The translations under genes were made by a program, and so were the position numbers. Positions 40,273-49,624 of a DNA stretch of 64,000 nt are shown one piece after another. Each line of letters opens with the position of its first letter. Within the stretch, counting starts at the first letter, position 1. Under the pieces are notes generated by a model. The model saw only the letters and a list, made by a program, of their open reading frames with translations, was not told the origin of the DNA and searched no databases. This stretch comes from an uncultured virus (IMG/VR IMGVR_UViG_3300034101_003821) (taxonomy: Duplodnaviria; Heunggongvirae; Uroviricota; Caudoviricetes): IMG/VR virus record IMGVR_UViG_3300034101_003821; one strand, written 5' to 3'.

Positions 40273-40914
40273 ATGGCAAATAGTATTCAGTGTCAGGATA
40301 TATTAAGTACAGATTCAGTTTTTTTCAATGGATTAGCATTGGTAAATGGTGATATAGTATCAGCGTGGAATGACCCAGACCCAAATTTAGCAACGAGGGT
40401 TTGTTTAACAATAACAGATGTTGATGACCCTATGGCATCAATTACTGCAAATACAATATATAATTCTTGTTATGAATGTTTAGTTAATAATTATACGATT
40501 GTTCAATTAGAATCTTGTGATAGTGCAACCATTTTGTCTGTTGACATATCAGAATTTGGGGAAATTCCAACTATTGAGAGTGCTTATTTTATTAGAGCAA
40601 CAGGTAGATATGATAGTTTTGTTGGTTGTTTCAAAGTCAGAACCTTTGGTCAAATTTCACTTGAGGATTATCTTCTTACTACTTTCTATACATTAGAGTT
40701 TCTTAGTACAGCGTCTTTTCCTGATTGTGACACTTGTTTATATGGTTTTTCAGCAGGTACGGAATCGGCTATTTGTAATGTGTGTTACGATGGAAGTGGA
40801 TATACAACTACGACCGTTACAGCACCACACCCAACTTGGACAAATGGTCAAGGACAAGCAGTAATACAACTAAATGCAGTAACATTAGGAGGACATAATG
40901 GTCTTAATAATTAA
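40273..40914 (+). CDS. Cys-rich hypothetical protein
   Basis: CYEC, CDTC, CNVC; C-terminus paralogous to the next ORF. Confidence 0.65.
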   Translation: MANSIQCQDILSTDSVFFNGLALVNGDIVSAWNDPDPNLATRVCLTITDVDDPMASITANTIYNSCYECLVNNYTIVQLESCDSATILSVDISEFGEIPTIESAYFIRATGRYDSFVGCFKVRTFGQISLEDYLLTTFYTLEFLSTASFPDCDTCLYGFSAGTESAICNVCYDGSGYTTTTVTAPHPTWTNGQGQAVIQLNAVTLGGHNGLNN

Positions 40915-40939
40915 ACAACGATATTTATAAATAAAAAAT

Positions 40940-41125
40940 ATGCCTACATATACTTACCCATTAAGTGCCACAAGTGCAAACACAGAATATTTACTTTGTG
41001 TTGAGTGTTCTGGTACTACTCGTACAGTCCAAACACCTCATCCAGTTTGGTCTGATGCCCAAAATAAACCTGTCATCCAAATGAACGCAGTTGTTTTGGG
41101 AGGACCTAATGGATTAAATAATTAA
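40940..41125 (+). CDS. Small protein paralogous to the C-terminus of the previous gene
   Basis: CVEC...PHPVWSDAQNKPVIQMNAVVLGGPNGLNN; own TATTTATA at 40922-40929. Confidence 0.7.
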   Translation: MPTYTYPLSATSANTEYLLCVECSGTTRTVQTPHPVWSDAQNKPVIQMNAVVLGGPNGLNN

Positions 41126-41131
41126 AAAAAT

Positions 41132-41596
41132 ATGAGAATTACAGAATCACAACTTAACAACTTAGTTAAAAAAATAGTTAATGAAAAGGATTATGGACAA
41201 ATCCAAAACTATATGTTCTTTTCAAACTTAGAACAAATGATAAGACAAGCTCAATTATTATTAGAGTTAGACCCTATGGAAGTTGAAGCTATCCTAAAAG
41301 GTGGTCACGATTGGGCTGATGACCATATAACAGTAGCAAAAGAAAATCTAAGTCAGGTATTTGATTTTATGATGAATGAAACTCAATATGATGACTATGA
41401 AGAAGACGAAGAAATGGTTATGATGGAAGGGAAAAAGAAAACTGGTACAAAACTATGTAGTCGAGGAAAAGCTGCAGCTAAATCCAAATTCAAAGTGTAC
41501 CCCTCCGCTTATGCGAACGGTTTTGCCGTTCAAGTTTGTAAAGGTAAAATGAAAGGATTAGATGGAAAGAAACGTTGTTCCCCACCTTATTGTTAA
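41132..41596 (+). CDS. Hypothetical protein with a basic C-terminal KFKVYPSAYANG module
   Basis: 154 aa; N-terminal MRITESQL...IVNE leader. Confidence 0.65.
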   Translation: MRITESQLNNLVKKIVNEKDYGQIQNYMFFSNLEQMIRQAQLLLELDPMEVEAILKGGHDWADDHITVAKENLSQVFDFMMNETQYDDYEEDEEMVMMEGKKKTGTKLCSRGKAAAKSKFKVYPSAYANGFAVQVCKGKMKGLDGKKRCSPPYC

Positions 41597-41609
41597 ATTA
41601 TAAATTATT

Positions 41610-41642
41610 AAAAAGGTAGAATTATTTTCTACCTTTTTTTTT
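41610..41642 (+). terminator. Intrinsic terminator
   Basis: AAAAAGGTAGAA-TTAT-TTTCTACCTTTTT stem-loop with T tail. Confidence 0.75.
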
Positions 41643-41696
41643 GTTTTATCAAAACCTATCCATATATTTGTACTCAATCAAAAAATAAACAATCAT

Positions 41697-42131
41697 ATGG
41701 AAAAGTTCATCAAACGAATCACAAAAAGAATCTATGTCAAATGGTTAACTTGGAATAGTAAAAGTGTAGCCAAAAAAGAAAAAATCTCAGAAACCCAAAA
41801 AATGTGTATGTCAATTGCTCGTTCACTTATTACACATCCCGAATCAAAATTCTTGTTAGCACCTTTAAGTGGAAAACGTTATATCAAAAATGCAGAATTA
41901 GATTTGTTTTGCATCTTAGACCACGGAACAATCAGTATCACAAATCACGTGTACCACTATGATGTTGTTGTTGGTGATAGAAATTGGGAAAGATTATCAA
42001 AAATGTATGATGGAAAAGTGGAAACAATTAGACAAGAGTACGAAGACCAAATAATGTCACAAATAGAACACTCATTAGAAAACATAATAAAAAAGGTTAA
42101 ATCACTATCTGATTTAACCCCTTCTAAATAA
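41697..42131 (+). CDS. Hypothetical protein
   Basis: 144 aa ORF. Confidence 0.7.
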   Translation: MEKFIKRITKRIYVKWLTWNSKSVAKKEKISETQKMCMSIARSLITHPESKFLLAPLSGKRYIKNAELDLFCILDHGTISITNHVYHYDVVVGDRNWERLSKMYDGKVETIRQEYEDQIMSQIEHSLENIIKKVKSLSDLTPSK

Positions 42132-43070
42132 TTATTTTTTCTTTGGTTTGTATGATGTCATCGTAGGTTTGTTACCAGTACCTAACTTTGGGTCTTTCTT
42201 TTCAGCCCTACGTTTCTGAGCACAAGCTGCTTGTTTCTGAGATGCGCTCATTTTACCAGCAACACCAGCTGCTCTACATTTGGGATATCCTTTTGTATCA
42301 GCTTCACTTCTTCCACAAGGAGGATGTTTACCATCTACTTTTCTACATATGTTAACCCAAGGTCCTTTAGGTTGTTTTGACCCCTTGGGTTTTTTCTTTG
42401 TTCCAAACCATACGGCCAAATCTTCAGTCAAAATTGGGGCTTCTTCATAACTCCATTCATTCATTGTGTGAACATTGTGGGTATCAATCTTGTAAGTATT
42501 GTCATTACCCTTTTCCCACATTCCAACTACACGTTTGATATTATCCTTGGTAGTTGATTTAATACTTTTGTTATTAACTTCAGTATCAACAAATTCTGTA
42601 AATGGGGCTAAAGATTCTTTTTTCCATTTTTTCATACCCAATTCTATGGGTGCATTGTACTCACCACCATAACCTGAGGTTACCTCTTTAATTGTTTTGT
42701 TGAATGGTTGGTTAATTTCATTTTTTGATGGTCTTTTGATTTTGTGACCTGGAAATGGATTAATTACATCACCATCATCATCATTTCTTACAGGATTATT
42801 TTTTGCATATATTGATACCTTTTTTGCGATTGATTCTAATTTTTTTATTTCTTTTTTTGGTGTCTCCATTGACCCATCATAACTATCTGTTGCCAATTTC
42901 TGACTAAAATATTTGGATGCGGGTTCATTAAAAGGTGCAAGTTGTGATTTATCAAATATTCTTTTTCCTGGTCTCAATGGTACAACAAATGAACCACGAG
43001 CTCCACTTGAATCTGAAGTGGCTTCTTTTAAAATCTCTTGTTTTAATTTCTTGACAATCTTATCTATCAT
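42132..43070 (-). CDS. Hypothetical protein with internal repeat and basic Cys-containing C-terminal domain (DUF5872-like)
   Basis: EDLAVWFG...GPWVNI...CGRS...YPKCR; ILKEATSDSSG near the N-terminus. Confidence 0.6.
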   Translation of the reverse strand: MIDKIVKKLKQEILKEATSDSSGARGSFVVPLRPGKRIFDKSQLAPFNEPASKYFSQKLATDSYDGSMETPKKEIKKLESIAKKVSIYAKNNPVRNDDDGDVINPFPGHKIKRPSKNEINQPFNKTIKEVTSGYGGEYNAPIELGMKKWKKESLAPFTEFVDTEVNNKSIKSTTKDNIKRVVGMWEKGNDNTYKIDTHNVHTMNEWSYEEAPILTEDLAVWFGTKKKPKGSKQPKGPWVNICRKVDGKHPPCGRSEADTKGYPKCRAAGVAGKMSASQKQAACAQKRRAEKKDPKLGTGNKPTMTSYKPKKK

Positions 43071-43085
43071 TTGTATATTATTTTT

Positions 43086-43310
43086 ATGGAAGAAAAAGAA
43101 TTATTCGGTAAATTATTTAATAGTGTTCCTTTATTAACTGATGACCACTTACAAACATTACTCGATGTAATGGATAGAGAACAAGCAATCTTTATGTTAG
43201 TACAAGCTGTAAAATACGCATATATGTCAGGTGTATATTCAATTGGTGAAGTTGAAGTAATTTCAAAATCTATTAGAATACTCTCCAGTAAAGAAACTAA
43301 GGATTCTTAG
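43086..43310 (+). CDS. Hypothetical protein
   Basis: In-frame ATG at 43086; 74 aa. Confidence 0.6.
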   Translation: MEEKELFGKLFNSVPLLTDDHLQTLLDVMDREQAIFMLVQAVKYAYMSGVYSIGEVEVISKSIRILSSKETKDS

Positions 43311-43707
43311 AATCTATAGCATCTGAAGCATTTTCCTCAGGTTTACCTTGAACTGTTGAAGTTGCGACCCCAGTCACTTTACCACCATCAGTAGTTAATG
43401 CCCCAACTTTCATTTGTGACATTTCTATTGGTTTAATTTGTCCAAAGTCACTTGGTAAATCTGTTTTAGTTGTCTCAGTAGAACTTGTCGTTATAGTAGG
43501 TGTTGTTGTCACTTTATCAGGTTGTCCTAACTTAGTTTTAATTGCGGCTAAGGTTTGTGGCCCGAACTGATTATCATCTTTTAACCCCAAAAGTTTTTGA
43601 ATATCTGCGATAGATTTATTTTCTGTTGTTTGTTCAGCCAAAATATTTTTGTTATGTAAACTTAATATTCTTAATTTATCATTTTTATCAATTCTTATTT
43701 GTTTCAT
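43297..43707 (-). CDS. Protein with a peptidoglycan-binding (PG_binding_1-like) motif
   Basis: IADIQKLLGLKDDNQFGPQTLAAIK resembles the LQ..L....DG.FG..T..A signature. Confidence 0.6.
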   Translation of the reverse strand: MKQIRIDKNDKLRILSLHNKNILAEQTTENKSIADIQKLLGLKDDNQFGPQTLAAIKTKLGQPDKVTTTPTITTSSTETTKTDLPSDFGQIKPIEMSQMKVGALTTDGGKVTGVATSTVQGKPEENASDAIDSKNP

Positions 43708-43710
43708 ATT

Positions 43711-44193
43711 CTATTTCTTTGATAATATATCATAAAGTTTGTTTATGTTTTCCTGACTTAAATCGGTACCACTCAAACCTGCAAGTTTTAAAACTTCAGG
43801 TATTTGTGGTTTTACACTATTTATGACTTTCCCCATTCCAATAATATTAGTTCCACTTGTTACTGGTGTAATCTGTATCTTTCCATCAGTACCACAATAA
43901 TAAGTTGACATTTCTTTAGTTGTTTTATTCATCCTTCTACCATTCCCAAACCATAAAAAACCACTTCCATCATACATAACTGTATTATCCTTTCTTAAAA
44001 TTGGTTTAACATTTTTAGATTGTACAACACACGGAAATTTTTCCCAACCTGTTGTAATAATACCTGTTCCTAAAGTTTTAAATAAGTCGGAAAAGATATT
44101 TTCAGTCAGATATTGTTTTTTGGTTCTGTTTTCGTGTAAATTCAAAATCCTTTCTCTTTCGGATTCATTCAAAAAATATAACTTCTTATTCAT
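43711..44193 (-). CDS. Hypothetical protein
   Basis: 160 aa; N-terminal leader similar to that of 43297..43707. Confidence 0.7.
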   Translation of the reverse strand: MNKKLYFLNESERERILNLHENRTKKQYLTENIFSDLFKTLGTGIITTGWEKFPCVVQSKNVKPILRKDNTVMYDGSGFLWFGNGRRMNKTTKEMSTYYCGTDGKIQITPVTSGTNIIGMGKVINSVKPQIPEVLKLAGLSGTDLSQENINKLYDILSKK

Positions 44194-44222
44194 AAAAATC
44201 TTTCTTTATAAATATCATTAAT

Positions 44223-44903
44223 CTATGAAAACTTGTTACCCTTTTTAATATTTTCTATTCCCCACATTGGTTGAAGATTTTCTAACGACCAACACTTCTT
44301 AAACTCATCATCTCCACTACTCTCAAATATAAACGATGATATTGGTTTAATATGGTCAATATGCCACTCACCATAGTTATCCCAATTCATCCCATCGTTA
44401 AATTGTTTTTGTAAATGTACAATAAGTTCCTCAGGTGAGTAACCCAAGATATCAAAGTAGTGTCCGTACTTCTGTAAATTGTTTTCTTTAAGTACTATGT
44501 ATATTGCAGTTCTAAAGTTAGAGATGAGTTTATAAATTGGGTCAGTATGTCTTTTGTGTTTTTGATATTCTCGTTTTTTTTCTCGATGTTTATTAATATT
44601 ATTTTCTCTCCATTCTTTATGATATGAATTTAATTTATCCCTATTATTTTTTTGCCATTCTTTGTGATAAATCGTTTTCTTCTCTTTGTATTTTTCATAA
44701 GTTCTTTTATATGTGGCTTTTTTACCTCCTTTGAACTTTTTACCAGGGACACCAACTTTCACATTGTTTTCTTTTAATATACGTAATACAATATGTTTAT
44801 TAATACCCAATCTTTCGGATATACTGGGACTACCCAACATTTCGTCATTGTATAACCTTATTATTTCGTTAACTATTTGTTTATCTAATTGTATCTTTTT
44901 CAT
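44223..44903 (-). CDS. Free-standing HNH homing endonuclease with N-terminal HTH
   Basis: WHIDHIKPISSF...CWSLENLQPMWGIENIKKGNK; immediately downstream of the capsid gene. Confidence 0.8.
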   Translation of the reverse strand: MKKIQLDKQIVNEIIRLYNDEMLGSPSISERLGINKHIVLRILKENNVKVGVPGKKFKGGKKATYKRTYEKYKEKKTIYHKEWQKNNRDKLNSYHKEWRENNINKHREKKREYQKHKRHTDPIYKLISNFRTAIYIVLKENNLQKYGHYFDILGYSPEELIVHLQKQFNDGMNWDNYGEWHIDHIKPISSFIFESSGDDEFKKCWSLENLQPMWGIENIKKGNKFS

Positions 44904-44947
44904 ATAAGATAAATATAAACATAAAGTTGATTATTTCAATAATCAAT

Positions 44948-44976
44948 AAAAAAAAAAGGGACAAAAACTTGTCCCT
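44948..44976 (-). terminator. Intrinsic terminator after the major capsid gene
   Basis: GGGACAA-AAAC-TTGTCCC stem; the A-run at 44948-44957 is the U tail on the minus strand. Confidence 0.8.
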
Positions 44977-45000
44977 CTCGTCAATATTAACTAAGATTGA

Positions 45001-46869
45001 TTATCTCAATTCTTGTAAGTCGAATGTTCTAACACCATCAACTGTAATTCTTCCATAGAACCTGTTGTTCACCATTTTTTTAGCGTATCTAGTCATGATA
45101 CCTTTGATTGGTGTAAAGTTGAATGGATTATACATTGTTGGAGTCAATTGAAGTGGAACATACGGAGCATAGATGTAACCAGTATCAAGAAGTGACGTAC
45201 CTTTGTGTCCAATTAACACTTGGTTAGGTGGGAAGTAAGGGTCACGATATACTTGGTATCTACCTGCTAATGTACCTACTCTTTCAATACCCATATTGTA
45301 TTGGTCTTGGTCAGGAGAAGCATTTGATACGTGGAAGTATTCCAAGTCATCAAAGATTGCAGAAACCTCAGAAGACACAACAATCCAGTTAGCACCACCT
45401 CTAAGAGTTGATTTGTGGATTTGAGCAGAAAGTTGGTTGATAGCAGTAATCAACGTTTGATTCCAATCTTTTTGAGTGTAAGAAGTAGTAGCACTAATTC
45501 TTCTCCATCCGTTGTAATCCCATCTTAGATTCCAAGCAGCACCTTTTCTAAGGTCACGTAGGATTTCTCTATCGATTTCAGCTGCAACTTGCTCAGAAAG
45601 AAGAGCAGTTAATTCAGCTTCAGCATCGATGTTGTGGAATGCAGCAACGTCTTGTGCTAATTCAGGAGACCATTGAGCTCTTAATTTTCTTTCAGTTACA
45701 GAAACAGTTACTGATTCAAGGTCGAAAGAAACTTCACCAATTTTGTCTTCAAATTCTAATTCTTCGTATCTTCTAAATACTGTTGTGAATGCAGTACCTG
45801 AAAGTGTACCAGTCAAAGTTGTACCTGTGTAACCATCTAAAGAGTCAGAACCACAATCAGCACATATTGGACAAGAAAGGTCTACCTCTAAGTAGATACA
45901 ACCATCTTGACTACAAATGTCATTGTAAGTACCACCACCATTTGAAGGCCAAGTAGTTTTAGTATTAGTTGAAGTTGGAGAAACGATACCTTTACCATAT
46001 TGTTGAGTTACAACACGGAATAATAATGAGTTTCTTGTACCAGCAGCATTGTAAATAACATTACAAGGAGTTGTTGCACTGAAAGGTGAAGATGCTTGAG
46101 CGGCTGTTGCATATACTCTTAAATCAGATAAGAATGCCTCAGTATCAATTTCATTACCATCAGGTGCAATAAGTTTACCAACACCAGTGTCAGCAAATCC
46201 ACACATTTTGATAATTACTTTTCTTACGTTAGTTGTTGCTGGATATTGAGATGTTGCATCAGTAAGTAATCCACTACTCCAAACTTGAACAGTAGCTGTT
46301 TGAGTAATAGCAGACCAACGACCTTTTGAATAATCAAATAAACCAGGAGGGTCTAAAGCAGCTTCATTACCTTCATAGAATAAATCATAAAGATTTTTTG
46401 CATAAGCACCAGTACTTGTACCATAACCAGCACTTGTATCACCAGGATAGTTACCAGGACTTCCTACAGGTGCGTAGTGTTGACCACTATCACCAGCATT
46501 GAAGTTACCTGAAGGGTAAGTAGCACCAGTGTAACCTTGGATTTTAGGTACGAAGTAGAACAATTTACCAATAGGTAAGTTCATAGCTTGTACAGATACG
46601 ATATCGTTAGCTAACAATTTAGAGAAAACTCTTCTTACGATAGGAAATACAACAGTTTCGAAAGAACCTGAACTTCCATCAGAAGTTGCTTCATTGATTA
46701 AGAAAGAAGCTTGGTTTTCATATAACTGAGCTACGTTTTCTTTTAGGTGGCCTCTAAGACCTTCAAGGAATCCTAATTTATCCCATTTGTTGATAGTATC
46801 TTCTTTGATAACTTTAAGGTGTTTCAAACCAATATTACCAACAAGACCCGATTCTAATAATGCTCCCAT
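45001..46869 (-). CDS. Major capsid protein (T4 gp23-like)
   Basis: FPIVRRVF..L.ANDIVSVQAM..P.G, RKLRAQWSPELAQD..AFH.IDAE.EL, EIDREI, YAPYVPL, F.P..G.MTRY. Confidence 0.95.
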   Translation of the reverse strand: MGALLESGLVGNIGLKHLKVIKEDTINKWDKLGFLEGLRGHLKENVAQLYENQASFLINEATSDGSSGSFETVVFPIVRRVFSKLLANDIVSVQAMNLPIGKLFYFVPKIQGYTGATYPSGNFNAGDSGQHYAPVGSPGNYPGDTSAGYGTSTGAYAKNLYDLFYEGNEAALDPPGLFDYSKGRWSAITQTATVQVWSSGLLTDATSQYPATTNVRKVIIKMCGFADTGVGKLIAPDGNEIDTEAFLSDLRVYATAAQASSPFSATTPCNVIYNAAGTRNSLLFRVVTQQYGKGIVSPTSTNTKTTWPSNGGGTYNDICSQDGCIYLEVDLSCPICADCGSDSLDGYTGTTLTGTLSGTAFTTVFRRYEELEFEDKIGEVSFDLESVTVSVTERKLRAQWSPELAQDVAAFHNIDAEAELTALLSEQVAAEIDREILRDLRKGAAWNLRWDYNGWRRISATTSYTQKDWNQTLITAINQLSAQIHKSTLRGGANWIVVSSEVSAIFDDLEYFHVSNASPDQDQYNMGIERVGTLAGRYQVYRDPYFPPNQVLIGHKGTSLLDTGYIYAPYVPLQLTPTMYNPFNFTPIKGIMTRYAKKMVNNRFYGRITVDGVRTFDLQELR

Positions 46870-46905
46870 TTTCTATTTTTTTTAGTTTAGTTTGCAGTTT
46901 ATTGT

Positions 46906-48456
46906 TTATTTTAATTTTGACATTAAATCTTTCATTCTAAGGAATTGAGGATTTTCGTAAGTTTTTGACTCAATCAAGTTAATTGATGAACCATTTGAAG
47001 GACTTTTTTGAATTGTTCTTTCGATTGATTCATTAACTTGTTTTCCTGTAGAAGGAGTTAATTCGTCTTTAATAATTTTGTAAAGATTTTTTGATTCTTT
47101 AAGAGTTTCTACACCATCAAATCTTTTCAGAATGTTAATTTTTTCTTGTTTTGAAGTTGAATGTTCTGTAAACAATCTTGTCGCATAAGCTAAGTTTGAA
47201 TTAAATATTGCAACTTCATTTAATTTATTTCTGAAAACGTTTAATGCTTTTCTGTATTCCTCATTTTTTTCTCTAAGTAAATTTACTTCTTGAGATTCGA
47301 TAGATTCTTTTCTGATATGACGTGGTGCTGCTTTTGGTTTTGGAAGACCTTCTCTACCCCAATATTTACCATTACCTAGTGTTCTTGAAGCTTCTTTAGT
47401 TTCCCTTTTTTCAAAATCTGAACCTTTGTGAGTTTTTGATTTCATACCTTTTTTTCCGGTATAATCTTCTTCACCTTTGTGAGTTTTTGATTTATCGCCT
47501 TTGTTCATACCATATTTACCCTCCTTAAATTCACCTTGTAAACTTGGTGATTTTTTGTCGAATTCATACTTCGGTCCTTTACCAGTATATGGTGCTTCAT
47601 CACCCTTTTTCATTTTCTTTGTTGGGAAGTCCATAACCTTTCCATAGTTAAATTTAGGTCCGTGTCCAATACCAACTCCTTTCGGTTTTCTGGCTTTCTT
47701 TGCTTCCATTAAATCATCCATTTCCTCGTCCATAGAATCATCCATTTCCTCGTCCATTTCGATTTCATAGATTGGTTCATCCATTTCCATCATATCCATG
47801 TCATCCATTTCCATCATATCCATGTCATCCATTTCCATCATATCTATGTCATCCATTTCCATCATATCCATGTCATCCATTTCTTCGTCAGTTTCCATTT
47901 CGAGTTCATAGATTGGTTCATCCATTTCATACATTTCTTCATCCATATCTAACCCTTCACGTACAATGTAATACTCTTTATTAGTCTCATCATCAGATAG
48001 TTCAATGTTACCTTCACCATCTTCAACCACCGATATTTTGTCAGTATCTTTCATTCTTGAAAATACTTTCATTACGTTTTCGATTGGTTCATTTGTTAAA
48101 TCAATTGTAACATCTTCATCATCTTCCATTTCTTCATCGTCTTCAAATTCCATGTCTTCATCATCCATTTCGTCTTCCATGTCTTCATCATCCATTTCGT
48201 CTTCATCGTCCATTTCGTCTTCCATGTCTTCATCATCCATTTCGTCATCGAATTCAACATCAGCAATGTCAGATTCTTCTTCTTCTGAATCAACCTCTTC
48301 TTCGTCTTCTTGTTCGTTAAGAGATTCTTTTACTAATTCCTTGATTTCTTGTCTCATTACTGAACCAAGTATTCCTTTTGCATTCTCAGCAACCGCTTCT
48401 TCCAAATTTTTCATTTGAATGATTGCCTCTTCTAAAATGTTTTTTTCTTCAGCCAT
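46906..48456 (-). CDS. Prohead scaffold/core protein (gp22-like), acidic low-complexity
   Basis: Position between protease and capsid genes; D/E/M-rich repeats; coiled-coil C-terminus. Confidence 0.7.
   Translation of the reverse strand: MAEEKNILEEAIIQMKNLEEAVAENAKGILGSVMRQEIKELVKESLNEQEDEEEVDSEEEESDIADVEFDDEMDDEDMEDEMDDEDEMDDEDMEDEMDDEDMEFEDDEEMEDDEDVTIDLTNEPIENVMKVFSRMKDTDKISVVEDGEGNIELSDDETNKEYYIVREGLDMDEEMYEMDEPIYELEMETDEEMDDMDMMEMDDIDMMEMDDMDMMEMDDMDMMEMDEPIYEIEMDEEMDDSMDEEMDDLMEAKKARKPKGVGIGHGPKFNYGKVMDFPTKKMKKGDEAPYTGKGPKYEFDKKSPSLQGEFKEGKYGMNKGDKSKTHKGEEDYTGKKGMKSKTHKGSDFEKRETKEASRTLGNGKYWGREGLPKPKAAPRHIRKESIESQEVNLLREKNEEYRKALNVFRNKLNEVAIFNSNLAYATRLFTEHSTSKQEKINILKRFDGVETLKESKNLYKIIKDELTPSTGKQVNESIERTIQKSPSNGSSINLIESKTYENPQFLRMKDLMSKLK
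47780..47880 (-). repeat. 24-nt coding tandem repeat, ~4 copies (DDMDMMEM)
   Basis: Repeated TCCATTTCCATCATATCCATGTCA units. Confidence 0.85.
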
Positions 48457-48573
48457 TTTTGGTTTTTTGTATTTTTATTCTATAAATATGTTAATACTTT
48501 AAAAAAACTTTTGTAGAGTTATAAACAAACCCAAAAAAGTTTATTTATAAATATCCCCAAAATCTATAAAATG

Positions 48574-48606
48574 AAAAAAGGAGGAACAAAGTCCTCCTTT
48601 ATTTTT
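48574..48606. terminator. Probable (bidirectional-type) terminator
   Basis: AAAAAAGGAGGA-ACAAAG-TCCTCCTTT. Confidence 0.7.
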
Positions 48607-48622
48607 TAATTAGATAAAAAAA

Positions 48623-48838
48623 TTATTCAATTACTTCATCTATTTTACTCTCGACTATTGCGGTAATACGCCAATCTTGTGTATAGTGCTCATAGATTTT
48701 AGTTACTTTTGCTTCAACATCTGTGGGATTGTAACCAAGAACTAATTTTTCTAATTTTATTTTTTTTACTTTACCTGATTCTTCATCAACTAAATCCTCG
48801 GCAATTTTTGCTACAAAATACTTTTGTCCATCTTCCAT
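48623..48838 (-). CDS. DUF4494-like small protein
   Basis: YFVAKI...ESGKVKKI..EKLV...PTDVEAKV...ITAIVESKIDEV resembles the Bacteroidota DUF4494 pattern as recalled. Confidence 0.5.
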   Translation of the reverse strand: MEDGQKYFVAKIAEDLVDEESGKVKKIKLEKLVLGYNPTDVEAKVTKIYEHYTQDWRITAIVESKIDEVIE

Positions 48839-48862
48839 ATCTTAATGATTTTTTTAATTTAA

Positions 48863-49585
48863 CTAATACCCAAGTTTAGCCAATTTTTTCATTAAATCAA
48901 GAGTAGCGTTACCTTTTTCACCAACATTTCTTTCTATAGCCATTTTTTTATCTTCGTCTAAGTTTTCAGCGTACATATCTCTATCCTCTTTATTTATAAA
49001 AAGGTAAGCCCCTGGTGTTGATGGTGAAGATACTAAGTCAAAACAAATTAACTCGAAGTCATCTTGTACTTCATTCTGTTCCCCAACCTTTTTAAGTGAA
49101 CCAACACCACGAGATGAAATACCTAACGTAACTCCTTGTCTGAGATAATTCGCAGCCATATCTCCTTTTGTTGAAACTATTCCCCTCTCGTGAAAACCTG
49201 GTGAGGTTAGTAATTTTAGTTTACCCATCAATATAGGTCCTTCCCACCATACTTCAGTAATAATATGAGAAACTCTATCTAAATCTATCAAGGAGGACTC
49301 AGGGTGATTTAACTCAGACAATGAAGTACCTTTAGCAATCATTTTTTTGTAGTTTTCTGCTTCTCTTTTTAAGATTCTTTCAGGATAAACTCTTCCATTA
49401 CGATTTGGGGTGTTATATTTTTGTAATACAGCATAAAATTCGAATGGTTTGGAGTGGTCTAAAAAGTTTTTAGATTCTTTTATTATTTTGGCATTTTCAT
49501 CCATTGAAGGAGAAACATAACCTGCATCATATTCGATTAATATACCTTTACCCACGTGTCCTGGTTTGATTACTTCTAAGTTCAT
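48863..49585 (-). CDS. Prohead core protease (T4 gp21-like)
   Basis: NRNGRVYP, ELNHP, VSHII, GISSRGVGS, DLVSSPSTPGA. Confidence 0.92.
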   Translation of the reverse strand: MNLEVIKPGHVGKGILIEYDAGYVSPSMDENAKIIKESKNFLDHSKPFEFYAVLQKYNTPNRNGRVYPERILKREAENYKKMIAKGTSLSELNHPESSLIDLDRVSHIITEVWWEGPILMGKLKLLTSPGFHERGIVSTKGDMAANYLRQGVTLGISSRGVGSLKKVGEQNEVQDDFELICFDLVSSPSTPGAYLFINKEDRDMYAENLDEDKKMAIERNVGEKGNATLDLMKKLAKLGY

Positions 49586-49624
49586 ATTTGAATTTTACTA
49601 TATAAATATAAATCAAATATAGTT

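Noticed and set aside
47780..48245. CRISPR-like array in the repeated region
   Set aside because: The repeats are in-frame coding tandem units without unique spacers. The same holds for 2120-2520 and 57901-58001, and no cas genes are present.
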